From contig JBEAZV010000078.1 in assembly GCA_041159245.1 (NCBI GenBank), positions 15,304 to 79,303 of the forward strand: 64,000 nt of DNA, given 5' to 3'. Source of the DNA: Pseudomonadota bacterium. GTDB lineage: Bacteria; Pseudomonadota; Gammaproteobacteria; Burkholderiales; Burkholderiaceae_C. The notes under the pieces were generated by a model that was not told the origin of the DNA, made no database searches, and saw only the letters and a program-made list of their open reading frames with translations. Positions 1 through 11,993 of this stretch are shown piece after piece. The translations under genes and the position numbers were made by a program. Numbering within the stretch: the stretch's first letter is position 1; each line of letters begins with the position of its first letter.

Positions 1-2
1 GC

Positions 3-488
3 TCGGGCAGCAAGGCCGCCGCCATCGTCACCCTGCTGCTCGATGCCGCCAAGGGCCTGGTGCCGGTGCTGCTGGTGAAGGCCTGGGGGCCTGCCTTCGG
101 GCTGGCGGAGGGCACGATCGGGCTGGTGGCGCTGGCCGCTTTCCTCGGTCACCTGTATCCGGTGTTTTTCCGGTTCCAGGGGGGCAAGGGTGTGGCAACC
201 TTCCTGGGGGCGGTGTTCGGGATCGACCTGCTCCTCGGGGTGGCAACCGGGGCGACGTGGCTGATCATCGCGTACTTCTTTCGCTATTCCTCGCTGGCGT
301 CGCTGGTGTCGGCGGTGTTCGTACCGGTGTACTTTCTCATGGGCGACGGTATCGCCTGGTCGGCCGACCGACCGGTGGTCGGTGCCCTGTGCGTGATGGC
401 GCTGCTGCTGGTGTGGCGGCACCGCGAGAACATCAATCGGCTGGTCGCGGGCACCGAGTCGCGGCTGGGAGCGAAGAAGCCGCTCTAG
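3..488 (+). CDS. plsY: Glycerol-3-phosphate 1-O-acyltransferase PlsY (5' partial, begins before the window)
   Basis: Frame is open from the window start (SGSKAAAIVTLLLDAAKG); motifs GHLYPVFFRFQGGKGVAT and HRENINRLVAGTE; hydrophobic. Confidence 0.93.
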   Translation, partial: SGSKAAAIVTLLLDAAKGLVPVLLVKAWGPAFGLAEGTIGLVALAAFLGHLYPVFFRFQGGKGVATFLGAVFGIDLLLGVATGATWLIIAYFFRYSSLASLVSAVFVPVYFLMGDGIAWSADRPVVGALCVMALLLVWRHRENINRLVAGTESRLGAKKPL

Positions 489-2074
489 AGGTGCTCGATC
501 AGGAAGCGCGTCACCCGCGGTGGCTGCTCCCCGATATGAAATGCCATGCGCTGCTCCCGTAGGTGGGCGTCTGCTGCGCTGATGCGGTCAAAGCGCCGCA
601 GGTGTTCGGTCCACGACTCGTCGATGATCTGCTCCACGTAGCGTCCCGGTTCGGACAGATCGTGCAGCAACTCCCACGACAGCGCCCCCTGCCGCAGCCG
701 GCTGCTGCGACTGGCTTCCATCAGTGCCAGGAATTCGGGCGCATGGGCCGGATCGATCAGGTATTCGATGCGCGTTTGCACGCGTCCGTCGTTCTCGGGC
801 GGGCGGATGTCCGGTACCTGTAGCACCTGCGAGGGTGAGAGGTCTTCCTCGGTGTCACGGTCCGGTGTGAAGCGCTGCACCAGCAGCATCACCACCAGCA
901 TCGACACCGAGGCGGTCACCACCGCCTGGTGGATATTTCCGAGCGTGGCGATCTGCCCCCACAGGGCCGCACCGGAGGCACTCGCTCCCATGATCGCCAT
1001 CTGGTAGATCGACATGCCGCGCGCCCGCACCCAGTCGGGTAGCGCCATCTGCGCCGCCACGGTAATGGCGTTGGCCACCGAGATCCAGGCGATGCCGCAG
1101 GCGAACATGGCCGGCACCGCCACCCAGAGGTTGGGGGCGTAGGCGACGACCGCGGCACCGGTTGCATGCAGCACGGTCCCGGCGGTCACCAGCTGCTCCC
1201 GCCGCATCCAGCGCCGGACACGGTGCATCAGCAGCACCGTCATGATCGCCCCCGAGCCCATAGCCGCCAGCAACACAGTGAAGCTGCCCGCGCCGCCCTC
1301 CGGCAGGGCCCGCGCGATCAGTGGCAACAACGCCAGAGACGCGGTGGAGTGCAAGAAGAACACGCCGATGCGCAGCACCAGCGAGCGCATGCGGTAGGAC
1401 TGGCTCACGAACTGCACGCCCACGCGCATGGCGCTGCCCAGACGCTCGCGGCCCAGGGGGCTTTCCTTGTGCACGCGGCGCCAGCGGAAGATGGCGAACG
1501 CCGCGGCCAGCGAGAGGCAGGCGTTGAGGGTGAACACCCACGCGCTGCCCGCCCCGGCAATCAAGGCGCCCGCCACCAGCGGGCCCAGGATCCGCGATGC
1601 GTTCATGGCGATGCCATTGAGGGCCAGACCCTGCGCCAGCTGGTCGCGAGGCAGCACCTCGGGCATCACCGCTGAAAACACCGGCCAGCGCATGGCCAAG
1701 CCGATGCCATTGGCAAAGGTCAGCACCAGCAGCAGGGCCGGACTCATCCAACCGGCCAGCACCACGAGGCACAACACCGAAGCCGTACCAGCCAGCCACA
1801 ACTGCGTCACCAGCAGGTAGCGCCGTCGGTCCACGATGTCGGCCAGCGCACCACTGGGTAGGCCCAGGAGGAACACGGGCAGGGTGGAGGCCGCCTGGAC
1901 CAGGGCCACCCACAGCGGCGAGGGCGCCAGCGAGGTCATGAGCCACGCGGCGGCCACGTCGTTCATCCACATCGTGGTGTTCGCTGCGAACCAGGTGAAC
2001 CACAGCAGACGAAAAACGGGCAGCGACAGCGGCCCGAAGGGGGAGGAAGATGCCGAAGACGCCTGCACCACCAA
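485..2074 (-). CDS. MFS transporter (MFS_3/DUF894 type) with C-terminal soluble domain
   Basis: About 12 TM segments; GALADIVDRRRYLL motif; C-terminal IEYLIDP...WELLHDLSEPGRYVE...WTEHLRRFDR domain typical of this family. Confidence 0.88.
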   Translation of the reverse strand: MVVQASSASSSPFGPLSLPVFRLLWFTWFAANTTMWMNDVAAAWLMTSLAPSPLWVALVQAASTLPVFLLGLPSGALADIVDRRRYLLVTQLWLAGTASVLCLVVLAGWMSPALLLVLTFANGIGLAMRWPVFSAVMPEVLPRDQLAQGLALNGIAMNASRILGPLVAGALIAGAGSAWVFTLNACLSLAAAFAIFRWRRVHKESPLGRERLGSAMRVGVQFVSQSYRMRSLVLRIGVFFLHSTASLALLPLIARALPEGGAGSFTVLLAAMGSGAIMTVLLMHRVRRWMRREQLVTAGTVLHATGAAVVAYAPNLWVAVPAMFACGIAWISVANAITVAAQMALPDWVRARGMSIYQMAIMGASASGAALWGQIATLGNIHQAVVTASVSMLVVMLLVQRFTPDRDTEEDLSPSQVLQVPDIRPPENDGRVQTRIEYLIDPAHAPEFLALMEASRSSRLRQGALSWELLHDLSEPGRYVEQIIDESWTEHLRRFDRISAADAHLREQRMAFHIGEQPPRVTRFLIEHL

Positions 2075-2083
2075 GGGCGGGAC

Positions 2084-2569
2084 TTAGTCGCGGAAGTTGT
2101 TGAACGACAGCGGCAGATCGGCCATCTCTTTGCGGATCAAGGCCATGGCCGATTGCAGATCGTCACGCTTGGCGCCGGTCACGCGCACCGCGTCGCCCTG
2201 GATGGCGGCCTGCACCTTGAGCTTGCTGTCCTTGATCAGGCGTTGCAGTTTCTTGGCGGATTCGGACTCGATGCCGCTGCGCACCTTGATCACCTGCTTG
2301 ACCTTGTCGCCGCCGGCCTTCTGGATGTCGCCGCGATCGAGAAAGCGCACGTCGACATTGCGCTTGGCGAGCTTGGCGGTGAGGATGTCTTCCACCTGTT
2401 GCAGTTGGAAGTCGGCGTCGCCCCAGAGGGTGATCTCCTTGTCCTTGACCTCGATGGCGGCCGAGGTGCCCTTGAAGTCAAAGCGCGTGCCGATCTCTTT
2501 GGCGGCATTGTCGACGGCGTTCTTGACTTCGACCATATTGGGTTCGCAGACGGTGTCGAAAGAGGGCAT
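2084..2569 (-). CDS. yajQ: YajQ family nucleotide/c-di-GMP-binding protein
   Basis: MPSFDTV...[14 protein letters not shown]...[12 protein letters not shown]...LSFNNFRD. Confidence 0.95.
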   Translation of the reverse strand: MPSFDTVCEPNMVEVKNAVDNAAKEIGTRFDFKGTSAAIEVKDKEITLWGDADFQLQQVEDILTAKLAKRNVDVRFLDRGDIQKAGGDKVKQVIKVRSGIESESAKKLQRLIKDSKLKVQAAIQGDAVRVTGAKRDDLQSAMALIRKEMADLPLSFNNFRD

Positions 2570-2613
2570 GCAGGGGCTCCCGGGGCTCGGTTCTCGGATG
2601 CGACAATTCTCCC

Positions 2614-3669
2614 ATGATCGTCGAGCACAACGTCCCGCTGCAGGCGTACAACAGCTTCGGCATCGTTGCTAAGGCGCGCGAGCTGGTACGGGTGCGCTCG
2701 CAGGACGACCTGTCCGCGCTCCTGGCCGACCCGGCGCGTGCGGCAGCACCCAAGTTCATCCTGGGTGGGGGCAGCAACATCGTGCTGACAGGCGACGTGA
2801 AGCCTATCGTTCTCAAGGTGGAGGTCCTGGGGCGACGGGTGGTCGACGACGGACCCCGCGGCACGGTCGTCGAGGCCGGTGCCGGCGAGAGCTGGCACGA
2901 CTTCGTCACCTGGACGCTGGACCAGGGGCTGCCCGGGTTGGAGAACCTGGCCCTGATCCCGGGCAGCGTGGGCGCCTCGCCGGTGCAGAACGTGGGCGCC
3001 TATGGCGTGGAGGTGCAGGACCGCTTTGAGTCGCTGGACGCGGTGGACCTCACGAGCGGGCAGGCGTTCACCTTGGACGCCGCGCAGTGCGCCTTCGGTT
3101 ACCGCGATTCGGTGTTCAAGCATGCCGCGCCCGAGGGCGGGCAAGGGGGTGCTGCCGGTTTCGGCCTAGCGGGGCGGGCCCTGATCCTGCGGGTGCGTTT
3201 TCGCCTGCCCAAACCCTGGAAGCCCGAGCTCTCCTACCTGGACCTGCAACGCAAGATGGCGGAGGCCGAGGTGACACAGCCCACGCCGCGGCAGGTGTAC
3301 GACTGGGTCTGCGCCATTCGCAGCGCCAAGCTGCCCGACCCGCGCGTGATCGGCAATGCCGGCAGCTTCTTCAAGAACCCCACGGTGACGCCGGAGCAGT
3401 GCCAGGACATCATCGCCCGCGAACCGAACATCGTGCACTACCCTATGCCCGATGGCTCCGTGAAGCTCGCAGCCGGCTGGCTGATTGACGCCTGCGGCTG
3501 GAAAGGCAAGTCGGTGGGGCAGGCCGGCGTGTACGAAAAGCAGGCCCTGGTCTTGGTCAATCGTGGGGGGGCCACCGGGGGCGAGGTGGTCACGCTGGCG
3601 CGGGCGATCCAGACCAGCGTGTACGAGCGGTTTGGCATCCGGCTGGAGCCGGAGCCTGTGGTGGTCTAG
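2614..3669 (+). CDS. murB: UDP-N-acetylenolpyruvoylglucosamine reductase
   Basis: [50 protein letters not shown] motifs. Confidence 0.96.
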   Translation: MIVEHNVPLQAYNSFGIVAKARELVRVRSQDDLSALLADPARAAAPKFILGGGSNIVLTGDVKPIVLKVEVLGRRVVDDGPRGTVVEAGAGESWHDFVTWTLDQGLPGLENLALIPGSVGASPVQNVGAYGVEVQDRFESLDAVDLTSGQAFTLDAAQCAFGYRDSVFKHAAPEGGQGGAAGFGLAGRALILRVRFRLPKPWKPELSYLDLQRKMAEAEVTQPTPRQVYDWVCAIRSAKLPDPRVIGNAGSFFKNPTVTPEQCQDIIAREPNIVHYPMPDGSVKLAAGWLIDACGWKGKSVGQAGVYEKQALVLVNRGGATGGEVVTLARAIQTSVYERFGIRLEPEPVVV

Positions 3670-5338
<1,669 letters not shown>

Positions 5339-5465
5339 GGCAGGTCCGGTTGGGGGCCGCGGGCGCGGCGCCAGGAGCTTAAGGGGCGCCGCAGGGTGCA
5401 GCGCCTCGGAAAACCCGACATTTTAGGCGGTGGCGCCAAAGCCCCCGCCAGACCGCCCGGCGCGT

Positions 5466-6182
5466 TCAGCGCCAGTGAAAGTGTGAGTGGGCGCCGAACT
5501 GACCGTGCCCGCGGTGACCCGGGCGCCAGGTCGACCCGTACAGGCCGTAGGTGGCATAGACCTGCACCACCGGGGGCGGGGCGACCACGACCCGATGGAC
5601 CGGCGCAGGCCCGGTGGCATACACCACGGCAGGACCGTAATCGGGCGCCTGCATGATCTGCACGGCGGGCGCGGCGGGTACCGGGGCTGCAGCGGGCATG
5701 GGCGTGACCTGCACGCGCAGCGTCGGGCCCGGGTCTTGCGGCAGCTGTACCTGGTACTGGCGGCCAGCGTACTCGTAGGTCACCTGGTAGCCACTGGTGC
5801 GGTTCTCGTAGAAGGTCTGCGTGGTGCAGACGGTCTGGTCCTGCATGCGGGTGCCGGGCGAGCCTTCGATCTTGTTGCCCAGGATGGCACCGCCCACGAT
5901 GCCGATCACGGTGGCGGCGGCCCGGCCCGAGCCGTCGCCAATCGCGTTGCCGGCGGCACCGCCCGCCACTGCGCCGAGCAGGGCGCCGGCGCCGCTGCGG
6001 GGTTGTTCGACCGCGACCTGCTGGGTGGTGCACACCTGGCGCGGCACCGCGACCTGCTGGATCACGGGAATGCTGGAGACGACGCGGGCGACCTCCTGGC
6101 CGTGGGCGGCGCTGGCGACCAGCCCCATGCCCAGGGGGACGGCAAGGGCCAGGGCGCGAAGGGGGGTGCGAACAACGGTCAT
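5466..6182 (-). CDS. Glycine-zipper 2TM domain exported protein
   Basis: Signal peptide; GALLGAVAGGAAGNAIGDGSGRAAATVIGIVGGAILGN zipper; GYQVTYEYAG; GAGGAGG RBS upstream. Confidence 0.85.
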   Translation of the reverse strand: MTVVRTPLRALALAVPLGMGLVASAAHGQEVARVVSSIPVIQQVAVPRQVCTTQQVAVEQPRSGAGALLGAVAGGAAGNAIGDGSGRAAATVIGIVGGAILGNKIEGSPGTRMQDQTVCTTQTFYENRTSGYQVTYEYAGRQYQVQLPQDPGPTLRVQVTPMPAAAPVPAAPAVQIMQAPDYGPAVVYATGPAPVHRVVVAPPPVVQVYATYGLYGSTWRPGHRGHGQFGAHSHFHWR

Positions 6183-6262
6183 GGGGTGGCCTCCTCACTC
6201 ATCAACGTGCTCACGGTACTGCCCGTTGACGCCGGCCGTCGAGGGCGGTGCGGTCACTGCGG

Positions 6263-6625
6263 TCAAGGGCCACGCCGGGCCAGCAGGGCCTCCCAGGCGG
6301 CCGGCTCGAAGCCCACGGTGGTGATGTCGCCGCCCCAGTCCACCACCGGCCGCTTGATCACGCTGGGCTCGCGACGCATCAGGGCGCCGGCACTGGCCGC
6401 GTCGGTGACGGCGGCCTGGGCGGCGGGATCGAGCTGGCGCCAGGTCGTCCCCTTGCGATTCACAAGCTGGGCCCAGTCCAGGCGCGCCAGCCATAGTCCC
6501 AGGCGGTCGGCGGGTACGCCATCCTTCTTGAAGTCGTGGAAGCGGTAGTCAAGGCCGTGCGCCTGCAGCCAGGTACGGGCCTTTTTCACGGTGTCGCAGT
6601 TGGGGATGCCATGCAGAACGATCAT
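6263..6625 (-). CDS. ArsC/Spx/MgsR family reductase
   Basis: MIVLHGIPNCDTVKKARTWL...FHDFKKDG...LVNRKGTTWRQL...PSVIKRPVV. Start trimmed from the 260-aa ORF to the ATG at 6625. Confidence 0.9.
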   Translation of the reverse strand: MIVLHGIPNCDTVKKARTWLQAHGLDYRFHDFKKDGVPADRLGLWLARLDWAQLVNRKGTTWRQLDPAAQAAVTDAASAGALMRREPSVIKRPVVDWGGDITTVGFEPAAWEALLARRGP

Positions 6626-6658
6626 GTGCGCCATGGTAGTGCGTGACAATCGCGTCCC

Positions 6659-7948
6659 ATGGAGACCCTGCAAGACTGGCTGGCGCACTGCGAGCGCCTG
6701 CATCCCAAGACCATCGAGATGGGCCTGGAGCGCGTGCGCGAGGTGGCGCAGCGCATGGGCCTGCGCTTTGCCTGCCCCGTCATCACCGTCGCGGGCACCA
6801 ACGGCAAGGGATCGACCTGCGCCATGCTGGAGGCCATTGCCCTGGAAGCGGGCTGGCGCACTGGGGTCTACACCTCGCCGCACCTGGTGCATTTTCAGGA
6901 GCGATGCCGGATTCGCGGCGAGTCGGCTGCGCCCGAGGCGCTGGTGCCGCATTTCGCACGGGTCGAGGCGGCGCGCCAGGGCGTGACGCTCACCTACTTC
7001 GAATTCACTACGCTGGCGATCCTGGACCTGATGGCGTCGAGCCACCTGGATGTCGCGATCCTCGAGGTCGGACTGGGAGGACGGCTGGACGCGGTGAACG
7101 TGGTCGACGCCGATTGTTCGGTGATCACCAGCATCGACCTAGACCACATGGAGTTCCTCGGACCGGACCGCGAGTCCATCGGCCGCGAGAAGGCGGGCAT
7201 CCTGCGCGCTGGGCGTCCCGCGGTGGTGAGCGACCCGGTCCCCCCGCAAAGCGTGATCGACCACGCCCAGGCCCTGGGCGCCGATCTGTGGCTGCTGGGG
7301 CGCGATTTCAATTTCTCAGGCGACAAGCAGCAATGGGCCTGGGCGGGGCGCGGGAGGCGTTATGCGGGACTGGCGTATCCGGCGCTGCGCGGGGCCAACC
7401 AGCTGGTGAACGCCTCGGGGGTGCTGGCGGCTTTCACGGCCTTGCGCGAGCGCCTGCCGGTGACGGCGCAGGCTGTGCGCAATGGCCTGGCCCTGGTTGA
7501 ACTGCCCGGGCGCTTTCAGATCGTGCCGGGCGAGCCCGCCCTGGTGCTGGATGTGGCGCACAACCCGCATTCAGTGTCGGCCCTGGTGGCCAACCTCGAT
7601 GCCATGGGCTTTTACCCCGCCACCCACCTGGTGTTTGGGGCCATGGGCGACAAGGACCTGGACACCATGCTGCGGCGCGTGGCGCCCCTGGCCGACCGCT
7701 GGTACTTCTGCGACCTGCCCACGCCTCGGGCCGAAACGGCCGCAGGCCTGCAAGCGCGTTGGGAGGCGCTACAGGCTCGCCCGGGCGTACCGGCCAGCAC
7801 CCATGCCGGCCCCCGAGAAGCCCTGGAAGCGGCGGTCGCCGCAGCGAACCCCACTGATAGAATCGTCGTCTTTGGCTCCTTCTTCACGGTGGGTGGCGTC
7901 CTGGTGGAGGGCACGCCCCGGCTGCAGGCCCGGCACCTGCACTCCTGA
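6659..7948 (+). CDS. folC: Bifunctional folylpolyglutamate synthase/dihydrofolate synthase
   Basis: VAGTNGKGST, YTSPHLVHFQER, EVGLGGRLDAVN, LDVAHNP. Confidence 0.96.
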   Translation: METLQDWLAHCERLHPKTIEMGLERVREVAQRMGLRFACPVITVAGTNGKGSTCAMLEAIALEAGWRTGVYTSPHLVHFQERCRIRGESAAPEALVPHFARVEAARQGVTLTYFEFTTLAILDLMASSHLDVAILEVGLGGRLDAVNVVDADCSVITSIDLDHMEFLGPDRESIGREKAGILRAGRPAVVSDPVPPQSVIDHAQALGADLWLLGRDFNFSGDKQQWAWAGRGRRYAGLAYPALRGANQLVNASGVLAAFTALRERLPVTAQAVRNGLALVELPGRFQIVPGEPALVLDVAHNPHSVSALVANLDAMGFYPATHLVFGAMGDKDLDTMLRRVAPLADRWYFCDLPTPRAETAAGLQARWEALQARPGVPASTHAGPREALEAAVAAANPTDRIVVFGSFFTVGGVLVEGTPRLQARHLHS

Positions 7949-7971
7949 ATACCTGCGGGCACGACGCGTTC

Positions 7972-8736
7972 ATGGCTTTTTTCAAGTTCCGAAAGACGGG
8001 CGCCGACTCCGACGCCCTTGCCGCGCAGCCCGAAAGCATCGAGGCCCTGCGCAAACGCGCCAAGCAGCGGCTGATCGGCGCATCCATCCTCGTGCTGGTG
8101 GGCGTGATCGGCTTCCCCCTGGTGTTCGACACCCAGCCGCGTCCCATCCCGGTGGACATCCCCATCGACATCCCCGACCGCGGCAAGACCCCGGGCGTGA
8201 CCAACAGCGCGGTAGGTGCGGTGAGCGTTGCCGGTGTGGCTGCTTCGGCGCCGGCGGCCCCTGCGCCTGCCCCAGCCTTCGTCCCGCCGGTGGCCGAGCC
8301 TGCTACGGCCAAAGCTTCGACGCCGGCAGCCCCAGCGGCTGCCGCCCCTGCCCCAGCCTCCGCCGCCAAGCCCGCGGCCTCGCCCGCGACGGCCTCTGCC
8401 CCGGCAGCGGCGAACGCGGCTTCTGCCGCCACCCGCGCTGCATCGGCGGCGGACGGTGACCGTGCCAAGGCCCTCCTGGAGGGCAAGCCTGCGTCTGCCG
8501 CGGCGAGCGGTCGCTTTGTGGTGCAGGTCGGCGCTTTCGCCGACGTGGCCCGGGCCCGCGAGGCGCGCCAGAAACTGGAAAAGGCCGGTCTCAAGACCTA
8601 CACGCAGGTGGCCGAGACCAAGGAAGGCAAACGTATCCGCGTGCGCGTCGGTCCCTTCGAGTCCCGAGACGAGGCCGAAAAGGCCGCGACCAAGGTCAAG
8701 GGGCTGGAGCTGCCAGCCACGGTGCTGACCCTCTGA
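7972..8736 (+). CDS. dedD: SPOR-domain cell division protein (DedD-like)
   Basis: RKRAKQRLIGASILVL TM anchor, Ala/Pro-rich linker, C-terminal VVQVGAF...RVRVGPF SPOR domain; folC-dedD-cvpA-purF order. Confidence 0.85.
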   Translation: MAFFKFRKTGADSDALAAQPESIEALRKRAKQRLIGASILVLVGVIGFPLVFDTQPRPIPVDIPIDIPDRGKTPGVTNSAVGAVSVAGVAASAPAAPAPAPAFVPPVAEPATAKASTPAAPAAAAPAPASAAKPAASPATASAPAAANAASAATRAASAADGDRAKALLEGKPASAAASGRFVVQVGAFADVARAREARQKLEKAGLKTYTQVAETKEGKRIRVRVGPFESRDEAEKAATKVKGLELPATVLTL

Positions 8737-8757
8737 CCCGGGCGCTGAGCGAACCGC

Positions 8758-9246
8758 ATGGCCACGCTCGACTGGGTCTTCGCTGCAGTCCTGGTGCTGT
8801 CCCTGGCGGTGGGCGCCTGGCGCGGCCTGGTGTTCGAGGTGCTGTCAGTGACCGGATGGATTGCGGCCTTCGTGCTGGCCCAGTGGTGGGCGCCCGCCGT
8901 GGCCAACTGGCTGCCGATGGGGCAATGGTCGCCCACCTTGCGTTACGCCGTGGGTTTCGTCGTGGTGCTGGTCGGGTCGCTGTTCGCGGCAGCCCTGTTG
9001 GCCATGCTCGCCAAGAAGCTGATCGAGGCCGTGGGCCTGCGGCCGGTGGACCGCATCCTCGGTGCGGCATTTGGCCTGCTGCGCGGGTGTGTGATCGTGC
9101 TGGCGGTGACCGTGGTGGCCGAAATGACGCCGCTCAAGGACACGCAGTTGTGGAACGAGTCGGCCGGCGCGCAGGCGTCGGCCAAGGCGCTCAAGGGATT
9201 GAAACCGATACTGCCCGAACGCTTCGGGCAGTACCTACCGGGGTGA
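8758..9246 (+). CDS. cvpA: CvpA family membrane protein
   Basis: GAWRGLVFEVLS, DRILGAAFGLLRG; lies between dedD and purF. Confidence 0.92.
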   Translation: MATLDWVFAAVLVLSLAVGAWRGLVFEVLSVTGWIAAFVLAQWWAPAVANWLPMGQWSPTLRYAVGFVVVLVGSLFAAALLAMLAKKLIEAVGLRPVDRILGAAFGLLRGCVIVLAVTVVAEMTPLKDTQLWNESAGAQASAKALKGLKPILPERFGQYLPG

Positions 9247-9253
9247 CACAGGC

Positions 9254-10774
9254 ATGTGCGGAATCGTCGGCGTTGTCAGCAACGCCCCAGTGAACCAGCT
9301 GATTTATGACGCCTTGCTGCTGTTGCAGCACCGCGGCCAGGACGCGGCGGGCATCGTGACGCAACAGGAACGCAAGTTCTTCATGCACAAGGCCAAGGGC
9401 ATGGTGCGTGACGTCTTTCGCACCCGCAATATGCGCGCGTTGCCGGGGCATTGCGGACTGGGCCAGGTGCGTTATCCCACGGCGGGCAACGCCTATAGCG
9501 AGGAAGAGGCGCAGCCCTTCTACGTGAACGCGCCCTTTGGCATCGTGCTGGTGCACAACGGCAACCTGACCAACGCGCAGGCGCTGAAGCTGGAGCTTTT
9601 TTCCTCTGATCACCGCCATATCAACACCGAGAGCGACTCCGAGGTGTTGTTGAACGTCTTTGCGCACGAGCTCGATCGCGCCAGCCGCGGCGTACCGCTC
9701 AAGCCCGAGGACATCTTCACCGCGGTGAGCCACGTGCATCAGCGCGTGCGCGGCTCCTATGCGGTGATCGCGCTCATCGCCGGCTATGGCGTGATCGCCT
9801 TCCGCGACCCGCATGGCATCCGGCCGCTGTCTCTGGGTCGATCGGCCGAGGGCTCGGTCATGGTGGCCAGCGAGACGGTCACGCTCGAGGGCACCGGTCA
9901 CCAGTTCGAGCGCCATGTGGCGCCGGGCGAGGCGGTGTTCATCGACCTGCAGGGGCAGGTGCATGCCAAGCAGTGCGCCAGCGCGCCGCGCTTGACGCCT
10001 TGCATCTTCGAGTACGTCTATCTGGCCCGTCCGGATTCGGTGCTCGATGGCATCTCGGTCTACCAGGCCCGCCTGAATCTGGGCGAGACGCTGGCCCAGC
10101 GCGTGGTGTCCACCGTGCCGCCCAATGAGATCGATGTGATCATCCCCATCCCCGAGTCCAGCCGTCCCAGCGCCACGCAGCTGGCGCACCTGCTGGGGGT
10201 GCCGTACCGCGAGGGCTTCGTCAAGAACCGATACGTGGGCCGCACCTTCATCATGCCGGGGCAGGGTGTGCGCAAGAAGTCGGTGCGCCAGAAGCTCAAT
10301 GTGATCGCCAGCGAGTTCAAGGGCCGCAACGTGCTGCTGGTGGACGACTCCATCGTGCGTGGCACGACCAGCCGCGAGATCGTGCAGATGGCGCGCGACG
10401 CCGGTGCCAGGAAGGTCTACCTGGCCAGCGCCGCGCCGCCGGTGCGCTACCCCAATGTGTATGGCATCGACATGCCCACGTCCACCGAGCTGGTGGCCCA
10501 CGGCCGCACGATCGAAGAGGTGCGCCAGATCATTGGCTGTGACGCCCTGATCTACCAGGAGGTGGAGGGCATGAAGCGCGCCATCCTGGCGGCAGCCCCG
10601 AAGGACGGGCTGAAGTTCGACGGCTTTGACGCCTCGTGCTTTGATGGCGTGTACGTGACCGGCGACATCAGCGCCGAAGACATCGCCCGCCTGAACGCCG
10701 GGCGGGTGGGGCAGGAGGAGGGGGCGGATTCCGACACTTCCCGCCTGGCCTTGCCGAACGCAGAGGAAGCCTGA
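9254..10774 (+). CDS. purF: Amidophosphoribosyltransferase
   Basis: MCGIVG N-terminal nucleophile Cys, LQHRGQDAAG, VLLVDDSIVRGTTS. Confidence 0.97.
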   Translation: MCGIVGVVSNAPVNQLIYDALLLLQHRGQDAAGIVTQQERKFFMHKAKGMVRDVFRTRNMRALPGHCGLGQVRYPTAGNAYSEEEAQPFYVNAPFGIVLVHNGNLTNAQALKLELFSSDHRHINTESDSEVLLNVFAHELDRASRGVPLKPEDIFTAVSHVHQRVRGSYAVIALIAGYGVIAFRDPHGIRPLSLGRSAEGSVMVASETVTLEGTGHQFERHVAPGEAVFIDLQGQVHAKQCASAPRLTPCIFEYVYLARPDSVLDGISVYQARLNLGETLAQRVVSTVPPNEIDVIIPIPESSRPSATQLAHLLGVPYREGFVKNRYVGRTFIMPGQGVRKKSVRQKLNVIASEFKGRNVLLVDDSIVRGTTSREIVQMARDAGARKVYLASAAPPVRYPNVYGIDMPTSTELVAHGRTIEEVRQIIGCDALIYQEVEGMKRAILAAAPKDGLKFDGFDASCFDGVYVTGDISAEDIARLNAGRVGQEEGADSDTSRLALPNAEEA

Positions 10775-10778
10775 ACCC

Positions 10779-11993
10779 ATGGCCACCAAGAAACTCCCCG
10801 AAGGCCTGCACCTGGACACCCTGGCGGTGCGCGCCGCCGTCGACAAAAGCCAGTACGGTGAGAACGCCGAGGCCCTGTTTCTCACCTCCAGCTTCACCCA
10901 GCCCGATAGCGAGACGGCGGCCCGCCGCTTTGCGGGAGAGGAAGACGGCTACATCTATTCGCGCTTTACCAACCCCACGGTGGCCAGCATGGAGATGCGA
11001 CTGGCGGCCCTGGAAGGTACCGAGGCCTGCATCGGTGCGGCCAGCGGCATGGGCGCCATCTTGCTGCTTTGCATGGGGCTGCTCAAGGCCGGCGACCATG
11101 TGGTGTGCTCGCGCTCGGTGTTCGGCTCCACCATCAAGCTCATAGGCAGCGAATTCGGCAAGTTCGGCGTGCAAAGCACCTTCGTGTCGCAGACCGATCT
11201 GGCCGAATGGAAGGCCGCGATCCGCCCCAACACCAAGCTACTGTTTGCCGAGACGCCCACCAACCCGCTGACCGAGGTGTGCGACATCCGCGCGCTGGCC
11301 GACTTGGCGCACAACGCCGGCGCGCTGCTGGCGGTGGACAACTGCTTTTGCACGCCCGCGCTGCAAAAGCCCGCCGCCTTGGGCGCGGACATCATCACCC
11401 ACTCGGGCACCAAGTACCTGGACGGCCAGGGCCGCGTGATTGCCGGTGCGATTTGCGCGAGCGAAGCCCTCATTCGCGAGAAGCTGATCCCCGTGCAACG
11501 CAGTGGCGGCATCACGCTGTCGCCGTTTAACGCCTGGGTGGTGCTCAAGGGTCTGGAGACGCTGGGCATCCGAATGGAGGCGCAATCCAAGCGCGCGCTC
11601 GAACTCGCGCGCTGGCTCGAATCGCACCCCGGCGTGGAGCGCGTGTACTACCCCGGCCTGGCCAGCCACCCCCAGCACGCGCTGGCGATGGCGCAGCAAT
11701 CGGGCATGGGCGGCGCGGTGGTGTCCTTTGACGTGAAGGGCGCGACGCCCGCACAGGGCCGCGCCAACGCCTTCCAGGTGATCGACTCCACCCAGTGGCT
11801 GTCCATCACCGCCAATCTGGGCGATGTGAAGACCATCATCACCCAGCCGGCCAGCACCTCGCATGGGCGCCTCACCGAGGACCAGCGCCTGGCCGCTGGC
11901 ATCCGCCAGAACCTGGTGCGCGTGGCCGTGGGCCTGGAGCATCTGGGGGATATCCAGGCCGACCTGGCCCGTGGGCTCGACCTTCTGACCTGA
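10779..11993 (+). CDS. metZ: O-succinylhomoserine sulfhydrylase
   Basis: YSRFTNPTV, ETPTNP, HSGTKYLDGQGR PLP lysine, SITANLGDVKT; located downstream of purF. Confidence 0.92.
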   Translation: MATKKLPEGLHLDTLAVRAAVDKSQYGENAEALFLTSSFTQPDSETAARRFAGEEDGYIYSRFTNPTVASMEMRLAALEGTEACIGAASGMGAILLLCMGLLKAGDHVVCSRSVFGSTIKLIGSEFGKFGVQSTFVSQTDLAEWKAAIRPNTKLLFAETPTNPLTEVCDIRALADLAHNAGALLAVDNCFCTPALQKPAALGADIITHSGTKYLDGQGRVIAGAICASEALIREKLIPVQRSGGITLSPFNAWVVLKGLETLGIRMEAQSKRALELARWLESHPGVERVYYPGLASHPQHALAMAQQSGMGGAVVSFDVKGATPAQGRANAFQVIDSTQWLSITANLGDVKTIITQPASTSHGRLTEDQRLAAGIRQNLVRVAVGLEHLGDIQADLARGLDLLT